The notes under the pieces are model-generated. The model was given only the letters and a program-made list of their open reading frames with translations. It was not told the origin of the DNA and did no database searches. This document shows, piece after piece, positions 40,252-51,451 of a stretch of 64,000 bases of DNA. Source of the DNA: Macrostomum lignano (taxonomy: Eukaryota); NCBI GenBank assembly GCA_002269645.1, contig NIVC01002230.1, positions 62,001 through 126,000 of the forward strand, given 5' to 3'. A program made the translations under genes and the position numbers. Position 1 is the stretch's first letter. The number at the start of each line of letters is the position of its first letter.

Positions 40252-41387
40252 TTAAAGATGACGTTTTTTTAGACCACCTGCAGCATCATCCGCATCGCAC
40301 GGAAGGCCTTGTAGCTTCCAATGCAATACGAGGCCATGTAGGAGGAACCGGGTTGAGTACACACCGTTCGGGTTGATCCTCAAGCAGCTGCTCCACCAGA
40401 AGCCGCCGCACCCATATTTGGTGCTGCAGCTGTAAGAATAAGCGTCGTTGTCCCTGTCGAAGGTGGAGAACTGCTGGCCTCGATGGTGAGACAAAAAGTC
40501 GCAGTTGATGGTGGAGTTGGCGCTGAGAAAGCTGCCGTAGTTCATCCTGTAGTTCGTACTGGAATTCCCAACGGTGAAGCCGAGCCACTCGAACGTGTAA
40601 AACTCTCCGTCGAAGGTCAGGATCTCGATTCGCAGGTTTCTGGGGCTGGTCATGGTCATATTGTGGATGCTTTCGAGGCCTGAAATGAAGGAATAACGAT
40701 TGACTTGAGCCGCTTTCTTGCCAGCAGTAAAACAAGATATACAAAAAGCAAAAACATTACAAATGCTTGTGTGTTTCATCAGGGCTTGAACTCTCTCGAG
40801 TCCAATTTTAACTCACCAATCCAAAACTCGGTGGCAGTTCCAAAACCGCTGGCAAAATCACTCCAGGTCCTATTGAAGGTAACTTCTCCAGACTGTCGCT
40901 GCTGGAACACCCAGAATGTCCGGCTATCAATCTGCTGCTGGTATCCGGGACTTTTGACCGGAAAGACTGGAATTGGTAGGACGCACGGCATAATGGAGGG
41001 CATGCGTGCTGTTTAATGGTATTTGGTTTTACGCTCTTATGCATGAAGATAATTGAAAAAAGTAATCAATGGGCATGTTACTAGCTAGCTGGAAGATCAC
41101 CAACTGGTTTAATATTAATATAATGTTAATTGTAGTACTAATGAAATAAATGAACATGAGCGGAAACTTACAAACAACCTCTCGCTTCCGGTATAAAACC
41201 ACACCTCCGGATCCGGCACAATCGGCTTTGCTGGACAGAACGCAGACTCCGTTGATGAAGCTGAACGACAGCCAGCCGATGGCCAGAGCGCATTTCATTG
41301 CGCATTCGATTTCACCTCGAGCGCTCACCAGGACAGTGGAGCTAGCAGTACAGGTGGACGTCCCGACAACAGCATCGAACTCGGATG
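40252..41387 (-). pseudogene. PAN/apple + fibrinogen C-terminal domain (FReD) gene; 5' exon not found; frameshift near the 3' end
   Basis: Exons 41387-41172 (ECAMKC...FSF...GVCVLS), 41008-40817 (WVFQQRQSGEVTFNRTWSDFASGFG...EFWIG) and 40679-~40266 (GLESIH...QQFSTFDRDND...GGFWWSSC..NPNGVY). All introns are phase 1. The typical FReD end YKAFRAMRMMLQ lies in a shifted frame. Confidence 0.7.
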
Positions 41388-41949
41388 CTGTGATCGAAGG
41401 TAAAAGTTAACATGGCAGTCCCAGAATTACAGCAAAGTACATAAATGTATGTGTAGTATAGTAGAAAAATACTTGGCTTGTTCTCCAAAGAAATCCAAAG
41501 AAATTCTCCCCTAGCAATGAAGATTCAAACTGCTTGGCTGACCCTGAGACCCTCAGGACAATTTCTGAATTTAGTCCTGTCTTACAACACTCTCATCGTC
41601 TTAGTGTTTGTATTGGCCGCCTGCGATGCGAGACGCTCTACAGCAGTCATTGATTGATGTACATGTATCTTGATTATTGATTCCTCTCTGGTCTATTGGT
41701 CCTTGAGGCCTCACGTCAATCGCGTGAGCACTCTTGCAGATCCAGCAAGGCAGGGGTGTAGGGAGGGGGGATGGGGGATAGATCTCCCGACACCCATGTC
41801 GCATTTCTTTATGGCTTAGATAGCCAAGAAATGCACAGAAAAAACGGCTTAGAAAGCCAAATCGAGCAGCTCGGCTGCACTAAATGCATGCTTTTTTGGC
41901 TTCACATCACATCACATTTAAAATACATCGGATGAAACGCTTATCATCC

Positions 41950-42625
41950 TTACATTAACCGTCGCAACGACGAGTGCGTATTGGCGCTTCGTCGCTGCTG
42001 GGGGCTTTTCGCCGATACAGAGTCCAGCTGAGAGGAGCAGCTGCCGCTGGTGGTCCTATCCTACAGCTCCAGGGGTCCACCCAGCTCAACCAAGGTGGCA
42101 CCGCCGACGATGATGACCGGCCGCGACCCGCAGCTCCCGCCGCAGTTCCAGAGCAGCGAGCGGCAGTTCGGCATCAGCATACATGCACATGTACTCAGCA
42201 CTGCTGGAGCGGCGGTTGGCCCATTATTTGCGAGTTCGTCAAAGAGGAACCTGGTAGCCGCCGGGCCGCGCAGCAGCAAAAGGCGGCTCACGACAAGAAG
42301 GCGGCGTACCTGCCGCAGTTCCCGCAAAGCGCCGAGGTGCTGCTCAGCATCGAGCTGCGGCGCTCGAAGCTGGCGCCTACTGCATAGGAGCCGGGCTGGA
42401 CGGTGCTTGAGCAGCGCGGCCACTCAGTGTGCATTCGCCACGCCTTCGGCAGCCGGCCGGTCCGCTGCATGGGTGCATGTGAACCGGCTGCACAGGCGGT
42501 TAGCAGCTCAGCCCGACACCGAGCAGCTCCGACAGCCGCCCGGTGGCCCACGAGGTCGCGCCGGAGCCCCGCCAGGCCGAGCGGTGGTACCCGAAGTGGG
42601 AGCGACGTCCTCCGGACTTCTTTCA
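41950..42625 (+). mobile_element. Older degenerate Gypsy integrase 3' portion (target site of Gypsy-2)
   Basis: Fragments LPLVVLSYSS...STKVAP..MMTGRDPQLP, QKAAHDKKA, SKLAP, WVHVNRL and YPKWERRPPDFF resemble the integrase core end and GPY/F tail. Confidence 0.6.
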
Positions 42626-42629
42626 GTGT

Positions 42630-45600
42630 TGTGGCGGCCAGACTGGTGCACGGTTGAGAGCGGGGCCCGCCTGTGCACAGGCCCCTCCCTGCACGCCTGG
42701 CTGCTGGGGAGTTTTGCCGGGTCGCCATCACAAGCTCGAAAAATCACATCGTCGAAACAGGGCTCCATCACAAGCTCGAAAAATCACATCGTCGAAACAG
42801 GGCTCCATCACAAGCTCGAAAAATCACATCGTCGAAACAGGGCTCCATCACAAGCTCGAAAAATCACATCGTCGAAACAGGGCTCCATCACAAGCTCGAA
42901 AAGTCATAAGCTCGAAAAGTCACATCGTCGAAAACTGATTTAGCAACCACCATCACAAGCTCGAAAAATCACATCGTCGAAAACTGATTTAGCAGCCGAC
43001 ATCACAAGCTCGAAAAGTCATAAGCTCGAAAAATCATATCGTCGAAGAGTTTAGCAACCACCATCACAAGCTTGAAAAATCACATCGTCAAAAAGTTTAG
43101 CAAACATCATCACAAGCTCGAAAAGGCACAAGCTCTAACCCTAACCCTAACCCCAAAGCACTAACCCTAACCCTAAGGCACCAGTACCCTAGCCTAACCC
43201 TAAACCATAACCCTAACCCCAACCCTAACCTAACCCTAAACCCTAACCCTAAGGCACAAGTTCAACCCCAACCCTAAACTTAACCCTAAGCCCTAACCCT
43301 AAGGCACAAGCTCTAACCCTAACCCTATTCAAGCTTGTGATGGTGGTTGCTAACCTTTTCGACGATGTGACTTTTCGAGCTTATGATGGTGGTTGCTAGA
43401 CTTTTCGACGATATGATTTTTCGAGCTTATGACTTTTCGAGCTTGTGATGGTGGTTGCTAAACTTTTCGACGATGTGATTTTTCGAGCTTATGACTTTTC
43501 GAGCTTGTGATGGTGGCTGCTAAATCAGTTTTCGACGATGTGATTTTTCGAGCTTGTGAGTTTTCGAGCTTGTGATGGTGGTTGCTAAACTTTTCGATGA
43601 TATGATTTTTCGAGCTTGTGAGTTTTCGAGCTTGTGATGGTGGTTGCTAAATCAGTTTTCGACGATGTGAGTTTTCGAGCTTGAGAGTTTTCGAGCTTGT
43701 AATGGTGGTTGCTAAACTTTTCGACGATATGATTTTTCGAGCTTATGACTTTTCGAGCTTGTGACGGTAGATGCTTTTCGACGATGTGATTTTTCGAGCT
43801 TGTGATGGGCCCCCGTTTTGCCCAGCCAGCCAGTTCGCTCTGACTCACACCTCCCTATTCTCTCAAGTATAAAGACTATGCTTAAACAAATATACACAAG
43901 ATCTTTTGCTCGCTTGCTGCTTTTCAAGCTTCCACTCGCAAGCCGCTTCATTGGTGAGCCCTACGCAGCCATTTCGTGCAATGGCCCAACAAACCGACTC
44001 TGCTGTGTCCCTGAAGCTGCCCACGTTTTGGGCGGCCCAGCCTCGAGCCTGGTTCATCCAGGCCGAAGCTCAGTTTACCCAGAGGCATCACTCAGTACGC
44101 CCATCTGGTCGCAGCTCTTGACCAGCAGACAGCAGAGCGCCTGCTCGATGTGCTCGAGGCTCCTCCGGAGGCGAACAAGTACTCTCAGCTAAAGGAGCGC
44201 CTCAACAGCACTTTCGATTTGACTCCTCAGCAGCGGGCCAGCCGCCTGCTCAGCATGTCCGGCCTCGGCGACCGGCGGCCTTCCGAGCTGATGGACGAGA
44301 TGCTCGCCCTGCTGGGGAACCACCGCCCCTGCCTGCTGTTCGATGAGCTGTTCCGCCAGCAGCTGGCACCGGAAGTACGCATGGCCATGACAACCGTCAG
44401 TTTCGCGGACCCCCGGGCAGCAGCGCAGGAGGCAGACAAGCTCTGGGCCAGCCGGCCGCAGCTGGTGGCGGCCTCCGTCCAGCAGCCGGCGGCAGACCCA
44501 GCCCAGCAAGCCCAGCCGGCAGTCTTTGCGGCGAGCAAGGGCGCCAGACAGAGCCGGCTCCAGCAACACCGTCCGGACGACGGCCTGTGTTTCTTTCACC
44601 GTCGTTTCGGTGCGAAAGCCCGCCGCTGTGAACTCCCGTGCAGCTTCCAGGGAAACGGGCAGGCAGGCCGTCAGTGAACAGCTCGACGGCCGGAAACACC
44701 AGCAGCCTGCTCCTCATCCCGGATGTGCAGACGAGCCGACGAGCTCGCCGAGGTCAGCATTTTCCCTGTCGCCGGTTTTGACGCCCGCCTGCACTCGCCA
44801 GGCCCGCCGTTTTTCGCAGCCAACGGCAGCCTCATCCGAACCTTCGGCACCCGCCAGCTCACGTTGGACCTCGGCATCCGGCGCTGCTCCTGGCCGTTCC
44901 TTCTGGCCGAGGTCTCCCGCCCGCTGATCGGCGCCGACTTTCTGCGGCACCACGGCCTGCTGGTGGACCTGCCGCACCGGCGCCTCTTGGACGCCCGCTC
45001 GCTCTCCAGCGTGCACCTGCTGGACGGCGCGGGGCCCGGACTGCAACTCGCCGCAGCCGCCGCTGCGGACCCGTACAGCCAGCTGTTGGCCGAGTTCCCC
45101 GCCCTCACCGAGCCCAGTTTCCAGCGGGCTGAGCCACGACACGGGGTGGAGCACCACGTCCCGACGCAGGGCCCGCCGGTCCATGCCCGCCCTCGCCGCC
45201 TGCCGCCGGACAAGCTGGCGGTGGCCAAGGAGGAGTTCCGGCTCCTGGAGCAACTCGGCATCGTTCGCCGGTCCAACAGCCCTTGGTCCTCGCCGTTGCA
45301 TATGGTCCCAAAAGCCTCCGGTGGCTGGCGGCCCTGAGGCGATTTCAGGCGGCTAAACGACGCCACGGTGCCCGACCGCTACCCGGTGCCGCACATCCAG
45401 GACTTCTCAGTGCGCCTAGCCGGCTGCTCGGTTTTCTCCAAGATCGACCTGGTTCGTGGCTACCACCAGGTGCCCGTGGCCGCAGCCGACGTGCCCAAGA
45501 CCGCCGTCACCACCCCGTTCGGCCTCTTCGAGTTCCTGCGAATGCCATTCGGTCTCAAGAACGCCGCCCAGGCCTTCCAGCTGTGGCCGCCAGTCGGCGG

Positions 45601-48032
45601 TTGGTGGACTCCGTCTGCCAAGACCTGGACTTTGTCTTCGCCTACATCGACGACTTCCTGGTCGCTAGCCGCAGCCCGCAGCAGCACCTGAAGCACCTGC
45701 GGACGCTTTTCCAGCGCCTGATCGACAACGGCCTTATCGTCAACCCGGCCAAGTGCGAGTTCGGCCGCAGCGAGATCGACTTCCTCGGCCACCGGAACAG
45801 CGCCCAGGGAGCCGTGCCGCTGCCCGCCAAAGTCGACGCCATCGCCAGATTCGCACCGCCAGCCACCGTCAAGGGCCTGCAGGAGTTCGCCGGCATGGTG
45901 AATTTCTACCACCGCTTCGTGCCGCGCGCCGCCCAGCTGCTGCGCCCCATCCATGCGGCCATGGCCGGCAAGGAGAAGTTCGTCCGGTGGACGCCCGAGC
46001 TGACCGCCGCTTTCGATGGAGCGAAGCGGGCGCTGGCCTCCGCCGCCATGCTGGCGCACCCGCGGCCAGACGCGCCCATCGCCCTCACCGTCGACGCCTC
46101 CGATACCGCGGTCGGGGCAGCGCTCGAGCAGCGGGTTGGCAGCGCCTGGCAGCCGCTCGCCTTCTTCAGCCGGCAGCTGCGCCCGCCCGAGCAGAAGTAC
46201 AGCGCGTTCGACCGCGAGCTGCTCGCGCTGTACCTGGCGGTGCGGCACTTCCGCTATTTCCTGGAGGGCCGCGCGTTCACCGCTTTCACGGACCACAAGC
46301 CGCTGGTCGCCGCCATGTCCAAGATGTCGGACCCGTGGTCCGCCCGACAGCAGCGCCACCTGGCCTACGTGTCCGAGTTCACCACGGACATCCAGCACGT
46401 GCGGGCAAGGACAACTCGGTCGCAGACGCGCTGTCCCGCTGCACGGTCTCTTCCGTGCAGCCCCGGCTGCTCCATGGCGTGGATTTCGCGTCCATGGCCC
46501 ATGGTCAGGCGGACGCCAGCCTCCAACTTGAGCCGCTGCAGCTCAGCCCCGGTGTCGCCCTGCTCTGCGACATCTCCACAGGCCGGCCGCGCCCGTTGGT
46601 GCCGCCGAATTTCAGACGCCCCGTCTTCGACACCATCCACGGCCTCGCCCACCCGTCCGTCCGCAGCACGCGGCGCCTCGTGGCCGCCAAGTTCGTGTGG
46701 GCCGGCATGAACAAGGACGTTAGCCGGTGGGCCCGGTCCTGTGTCGCTTGCCAGACGGCCAAGGTGCACCGGCACGTCACCGCCCCGGTTGGCAATATCC
46801 GCGTCCCGGACCAGCGCTTCGCCCACGTGCACATCGACCTGGTGGGGCCGCTTCCGCCTTCGCAAGGTTTCACGCACTTGCTGACAATCTTGGACCGTTT
46901 CACCCGGTGGCCGGAGGCGATCCCGATGACCGACACCTCCGCGGCCGCGTGCGCCTCCGCCTTCATCGCCCACTGGATCGCCAGGTTTGGAGTGCCAAGC
47001 GACATCACCTCGGACCGCGGCTCGCAGTTCACGTCGCTGCTGTGGTCCAACGTCTCATGGCTCCTCGGAATGCAGCTCCACCGGACAACGGCTTTCCATC
47101 CGCAGGCGAACAGGCTGGTCGAGCGTTTCCACCGGCAGCTGAAGTCCTCCCTCATGACGCGACTGGCCGGACCAGCCTGGGTTAGCGAGCTACCCTGGGT
47201 GCTGCTCGGCATCCGGACGGCCCCCAAGGAGGACCTGCCGGCATCGTCGGCCGAGCTGGTCTACGGAGCGCCCCTCTGCGTGCCTGGCGAGTGCCTGCAG
47301 CCCAGCCCGCCGGCCGGCGACTACGAACAGTTCCTCGCCCGGCTCCGCGGCGCCGTCCAGGCATTCCGGCCGACGCCGACGTCCCGTCACGGCAGCCGCC
47401 CCACAGCTTGGCTGGCCGCCCTCGACGCCTGCCAGCTCGTTTTCGTCCGGCGCGACGGCCACCGCCCTCCGCTGCAGCGACCTTATGACGGCCCGTTCAA
47501 GATCCTCGAGCGGGACGCCAAAGCTTCCTGCTGGACCTGGGCACTCGACGCGACCGAGTGTCAGTGGAGAGACTGAAGCCAGCCGTCATCGACGCGGTCG
47601 ACCCGTTCCCGACGCCGGCCCTGCGACCGAGAGGCCGCCCGCCGCGGCTGCCCGCTGAGCCGCCCCCAGCGCACTCTGCCGCCGACCCCGCCTCTTCAGC
47701 TGGCGACTTTCCGCCGGCGGCCCAACGCACTGCTGCTTTCCCCAGCCGCCAACTGCCACCCCGCCGGTGCCGTCCGAGCCCGGCAGCCTTGGCCGAATAG
47801 CTCGGTGCTGGGGGAGCTCTGTGGCGGCCAGACTGGTGCACGGTTGAGAGCGGGGCCCGCCTGTGCACAGGCCCCTGCACGCCTGGCTGCTGGGGAGTTT
47901 TGCCCAGCCAGCCAGTTCGCTCTGACTCACACCTCCCTATTCTCTCAAGTATAAAGACTATGCTTAAACAAATATACACAAGATCTTTTGCTCGCTTGCT
48001 GCTTTTCAAGCTTCCACTCGCAAGCCGCTTCA
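42630..48032 (+). mobile_element. Ty3/Gypsy LTR retrotransposon (Gypsy-2), full-length but coding-defective
   Basis: LTRs 42630-43950 (interrupted by a MITE) and 47820-48032, TG..CA, 4-bp TSD GTGT, PBS TGGTGAGCCCTACG (tRNA-Trp-like). gag 43981-44677 (VSLKLPTFW..., frameshifted, knuckle CFFHRRFG..C) has a slippery GGGAAAC at 44650-44656. pol (YIDD, TVDAS, HIDLVGP, SDRG) has several frameshifts and a stop at 45335-45337. Confidence 0.95.
42719..43813. mobile_element. Second copy of the telomere-repeat MITE, inserted in the Gypsy-2 5' LTR
   Basis: 8-bp TSD GTTTTGCC (42711-42718 and 43814-43821). The empty site is visible in the 3' LTR (~47897-47905). Central CCCTAA-like tract at 43135-43325, flanked by inverted arrays of CACAAGCTCGAAAA. 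Confidence 0.9.
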
Positions 48033-48521
48033 GTGTGAGCACTGAGTGAGCTGAGAGTGAAGGACTGTCAGAGACCGTGAATGCATGCTTTTTAAAAGGT
48101 TCTGTGTTTCAATTTTACAATTCATATTGATGACGTGTTTATGTTTTTAATTCCCTCCGTTATTTTACCTGTTTCGCGGGGTGGGGCGAGGTAGAAATGT
48201 ACTGGTTTTATTCCATGCCTTATTGGCAGTTACTGAACTTGTATCATTGAACTATGACAAATACTTTGCTGAATAATTGTATCGCTTTTAATGTACGATT
48301 GTACGTTCGCTCTCTCTATGTACATCGTTGACTCGCATATAGCCAGCACGCCTCACAGGGCCTTCGAATTGATTTTTGCACTGCCAAATACCGCGCGTTA
48401 CAAAATGACAAACAATAATACTAATTGCATACTAGGCCTAAATACTATTAAAATTCACAAATCACAAAATCACAATATTCAGTTAGACAAATTGCCCCAG
48501 TCACAATATCCAACTAACACC

Positions 48522-49244
48522 CAAGGACCACTAGAAGAAGGACGGGACACTTCGTTTCTTGGAAAATTTAATAAAGGCTGATTTTCACGGAAAAAATGCA
48601 ATAGAGTGATAGGAACTTTTCACTTTTTTCACTTTAAAATGGTAATAGCTTTTTATTGGAAGCAGATACAAAGCTCTTCTTTTGATATAACTTACAAAGC
48701 ATGTTGCTTCAACCGATTTTATAAAGATTTTTTTACAGTTAATTGATCTTCATATCATTTTAGTTAGGCCCTACTAGCTATATCATGCAGCAATTATAGT
48801 TTAAAGCAACTAGTGACTAACTTGAAAATTACAATATCTTTTTAATCGAATGCATATATTTATTAGCAATATATCATTAAAAAACAGTTGGCTATAATTA
48901 TATGCCCGATTCACTGCTTGTTCATTTTAGTTTTATACTTTTCATATAAAATAAGTATTTTATGTAGCTGTACCTTAGCTACACTAGCTATGCATATAAT
49001 TATAGCCAATTATGAATATCAATTAATTGTAAAAAAATCTTTATAAAATCCGTTGAAGCAACATGTTTTGTAAGTTATATCTAAAGAAGAGCTTTGTATC
49101 TACTTCCAATAAAAAGCTATTACCATTTTAAAGTGAAAAAAGTAAAAAGTTCCTATCTCGCTAGTGCATTTTTCCATGAAAATCAGCCTTTAAAAAATTT
49201 CCAAGAAACAAAGTGTCCCATCCTTCTTCTTCTAGTGGTCCTTG
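48522..49244. mobile_element. Foldback MITE with ~250-bp imperfect inverted arms, possibly P-element type
   Basis: Ends CAAGGACCACTAGAAGAAGGA / TCCTTCTTCT..CTAGTGGTCCTTG. Flanks CTAACACC and CTAACACT match at 7 of 8 positions. Confidence 0.75.
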
Positions 49245-49450
49245 CTAACACTAACAGTGTTTTTGGTAGATTGGTATTGATAATGGTAGACTTGATAGGC
49301 CTATATTAGGCCTATTGTATGTAATAATTGTTGGTTGTTGGATATATTATATTAGGTCTAGGCCTAATCAGATCTTTTCAAGATGTTATTGAAAATATAA
49401 CTGTAGATCAGCTAGGCTTAAGAAATGTTCAATATATCCTATAGATTATA

Positions 49451-50236
49451 GGCTCATTCCATATAAGCATGGTCGTAACATGACAGGTTATTTTTACTTA
49501 TAAAATGAAATCTAATAATAGAATATACTAAACCAATATTTTAAATGAAAGATTATTTTGTCTAGAATATATTTATAGAGTTTCATATAGATATCATCAT
49601 TAGTATAGATGCTATTAAACCTTAAATGACACTTATGGTCATAACGACAGGATTTTTGACATATAGAAACTAAAAGGTAAAAGTCTTATAACATTTTTCA
49701 TTTTTTATATTTTGCAATACATTTTTAAAATTTGACTAAGAACATCTTTAGAAATCATACTCTTTTATTAGAATATATAAACTCAAAAGGCAACAAAGAT
49801 ACGAAAGAAAAGGCAGCCTTATGGTCGTAACATTATGGTCGTAACATATTTTTTTCTGTCAATTCAGTAACTTTGAGGTACTAATACATTAAAAATATAA
49901 TAGATTATTTGGTCACCAATGCTTTTATCTGATGATGCAAGTACTATACTTTTATCTATAGTTTGTTTCAACCTTCAAAAGCTTTCTATTTGTTTTTAAA
50001 AGGTACAAAATCTTAATGATGTCTTTTGCTTCGAAAAATGTCCAAATTTTTACAAAAATGACTTTTTGCCAATTGATAACATACTAATCCAACATTTTAC
50101 CATTCCTTTATTCTTAGATTGTATATATTGCACAATATAAACATTTGGTAAAAAAATAGGCTAATTAGGCAATGGCAAGCAAAAATATTGACTTTTTTCT
50201 ATTTTCCAAATATGTCCATCTTATATGGAATGAGCC
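49451..50236. mobile_element. Non-autonomous DNA transposon with 17-bp TIR and TA/TATA target
   Basis: GGCTCATTCCATATAAG (49451-49467) and its exact reverse complement (50220-50236), with TATA on both sides. Confidence 0.75.
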
Positions 50237-50449
50237 TATAGCTAGGCCTTATTATATTATAGTACATAGTCTATATATCAGTTTTGACTATGCCCTATCC
50301 TATTGTAGGTGTCCTTTGCCTAGTTTACAAAAATAAATTTCTTTGCTATAGTATTAGGCCTAGTTAGATATTTGTCAAACATATAGGTATTATAGCAAAT
50401 AAGACACAAATTTCTATAGTCATAATATATAGCTTAACAAATTGCCTTA

Positions 50450-51290
50450 ATTATAATATCTAGCTAAACAAATTGCCCTAGTCATTATCTAGCTAGACAA
50501 ATTGCCCCAACCAGCATATCCAGCTAGAAATTGTCCTAGTCACAATATCTAGTTAGAAATTGCCCCAACCAGCATATCTAGCTAGAAATTGCCCCAGTCA
50601 CAATATCCAGTCAGACAAATTGCCCTAGTCACAATATCTAGTTAGAAATTGCCCCAGTCACAATATCCAATTAGACAAATTGCCCAGTCACAATATCCAG
50701 TTAGACAAATTGCCCCAGTCATAGTATCCAGCTAAACAAATTGCCCTCGTCACAATATCCAGCTAAACAAATTGCCCTTGTCACAATATCTGGTTAGACA
50801 AATTGCCCCAGTCACAATATCCAGCTAGACAAATTGCCCTTGTCACAATATCTAGTTAGACAAATTGCCCCAGTCACAATATCCAGCTAGACAAATTGCC
50901 CCAGTCACAATATCCAATTAGACCAATTGCCCCAGTCACAGTATCCAGCTAAACAAATTGCCCTCGTCATAATATCCAACTAAACAAATTGCCCTCGTCA
51001 CAATATCCAGCTAAACAAATTGCCCTTGTCACAATATCTAGTTAGACAAATTGCCCAGTCACAATATCCAGTTAGACAAATTGCCCAGTCACAATATCCA
51101 GCTAGACAAATTGCCTTAGTCACAATATCCAGCTAAACAAATTGCCCTTGTCACAATATCTAGTTAGACAAATTGCCCAGTCACAATATCCAGTTAGACA
51201 AATTGCCCAGTCACAATATTCAGCTAGACAAATTGCCTTAGTCACAATATCCAGCTAGACAAATCACTCAGTCAGAATATCCAATTAGAA
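50450..51290. repeat. Minisatellite, ~31-bp unit (AGACAAATTGCCCCAGTCACAATATCCAGCT)
   Basis: Tandem copies, plus an isolated unit at ~48470-48515. Confidence 0.92.
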
Positions 51291-51451
51291 AAATTCAAAT
51301 TTCAATTTGTAAACATGGAGTCTACAGACTTTTGCAACTTCTGTGGTTCAGAGAGGCTTTCAATTTGGTATCTTAAGTTTGAACTCAAGACACAGATAGC
51401 CTTATTGCAATTACAATTGTCTCAGTTTTTCCATTTGATTCAGAGTCTGCT

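Noticed and set aside
43135-43325. True telomere or chromosome-fusion site
   Set aside because: The tract is short, degenerate and enclosed in a TIR/TSD-bounded element that interrupts an LTR.
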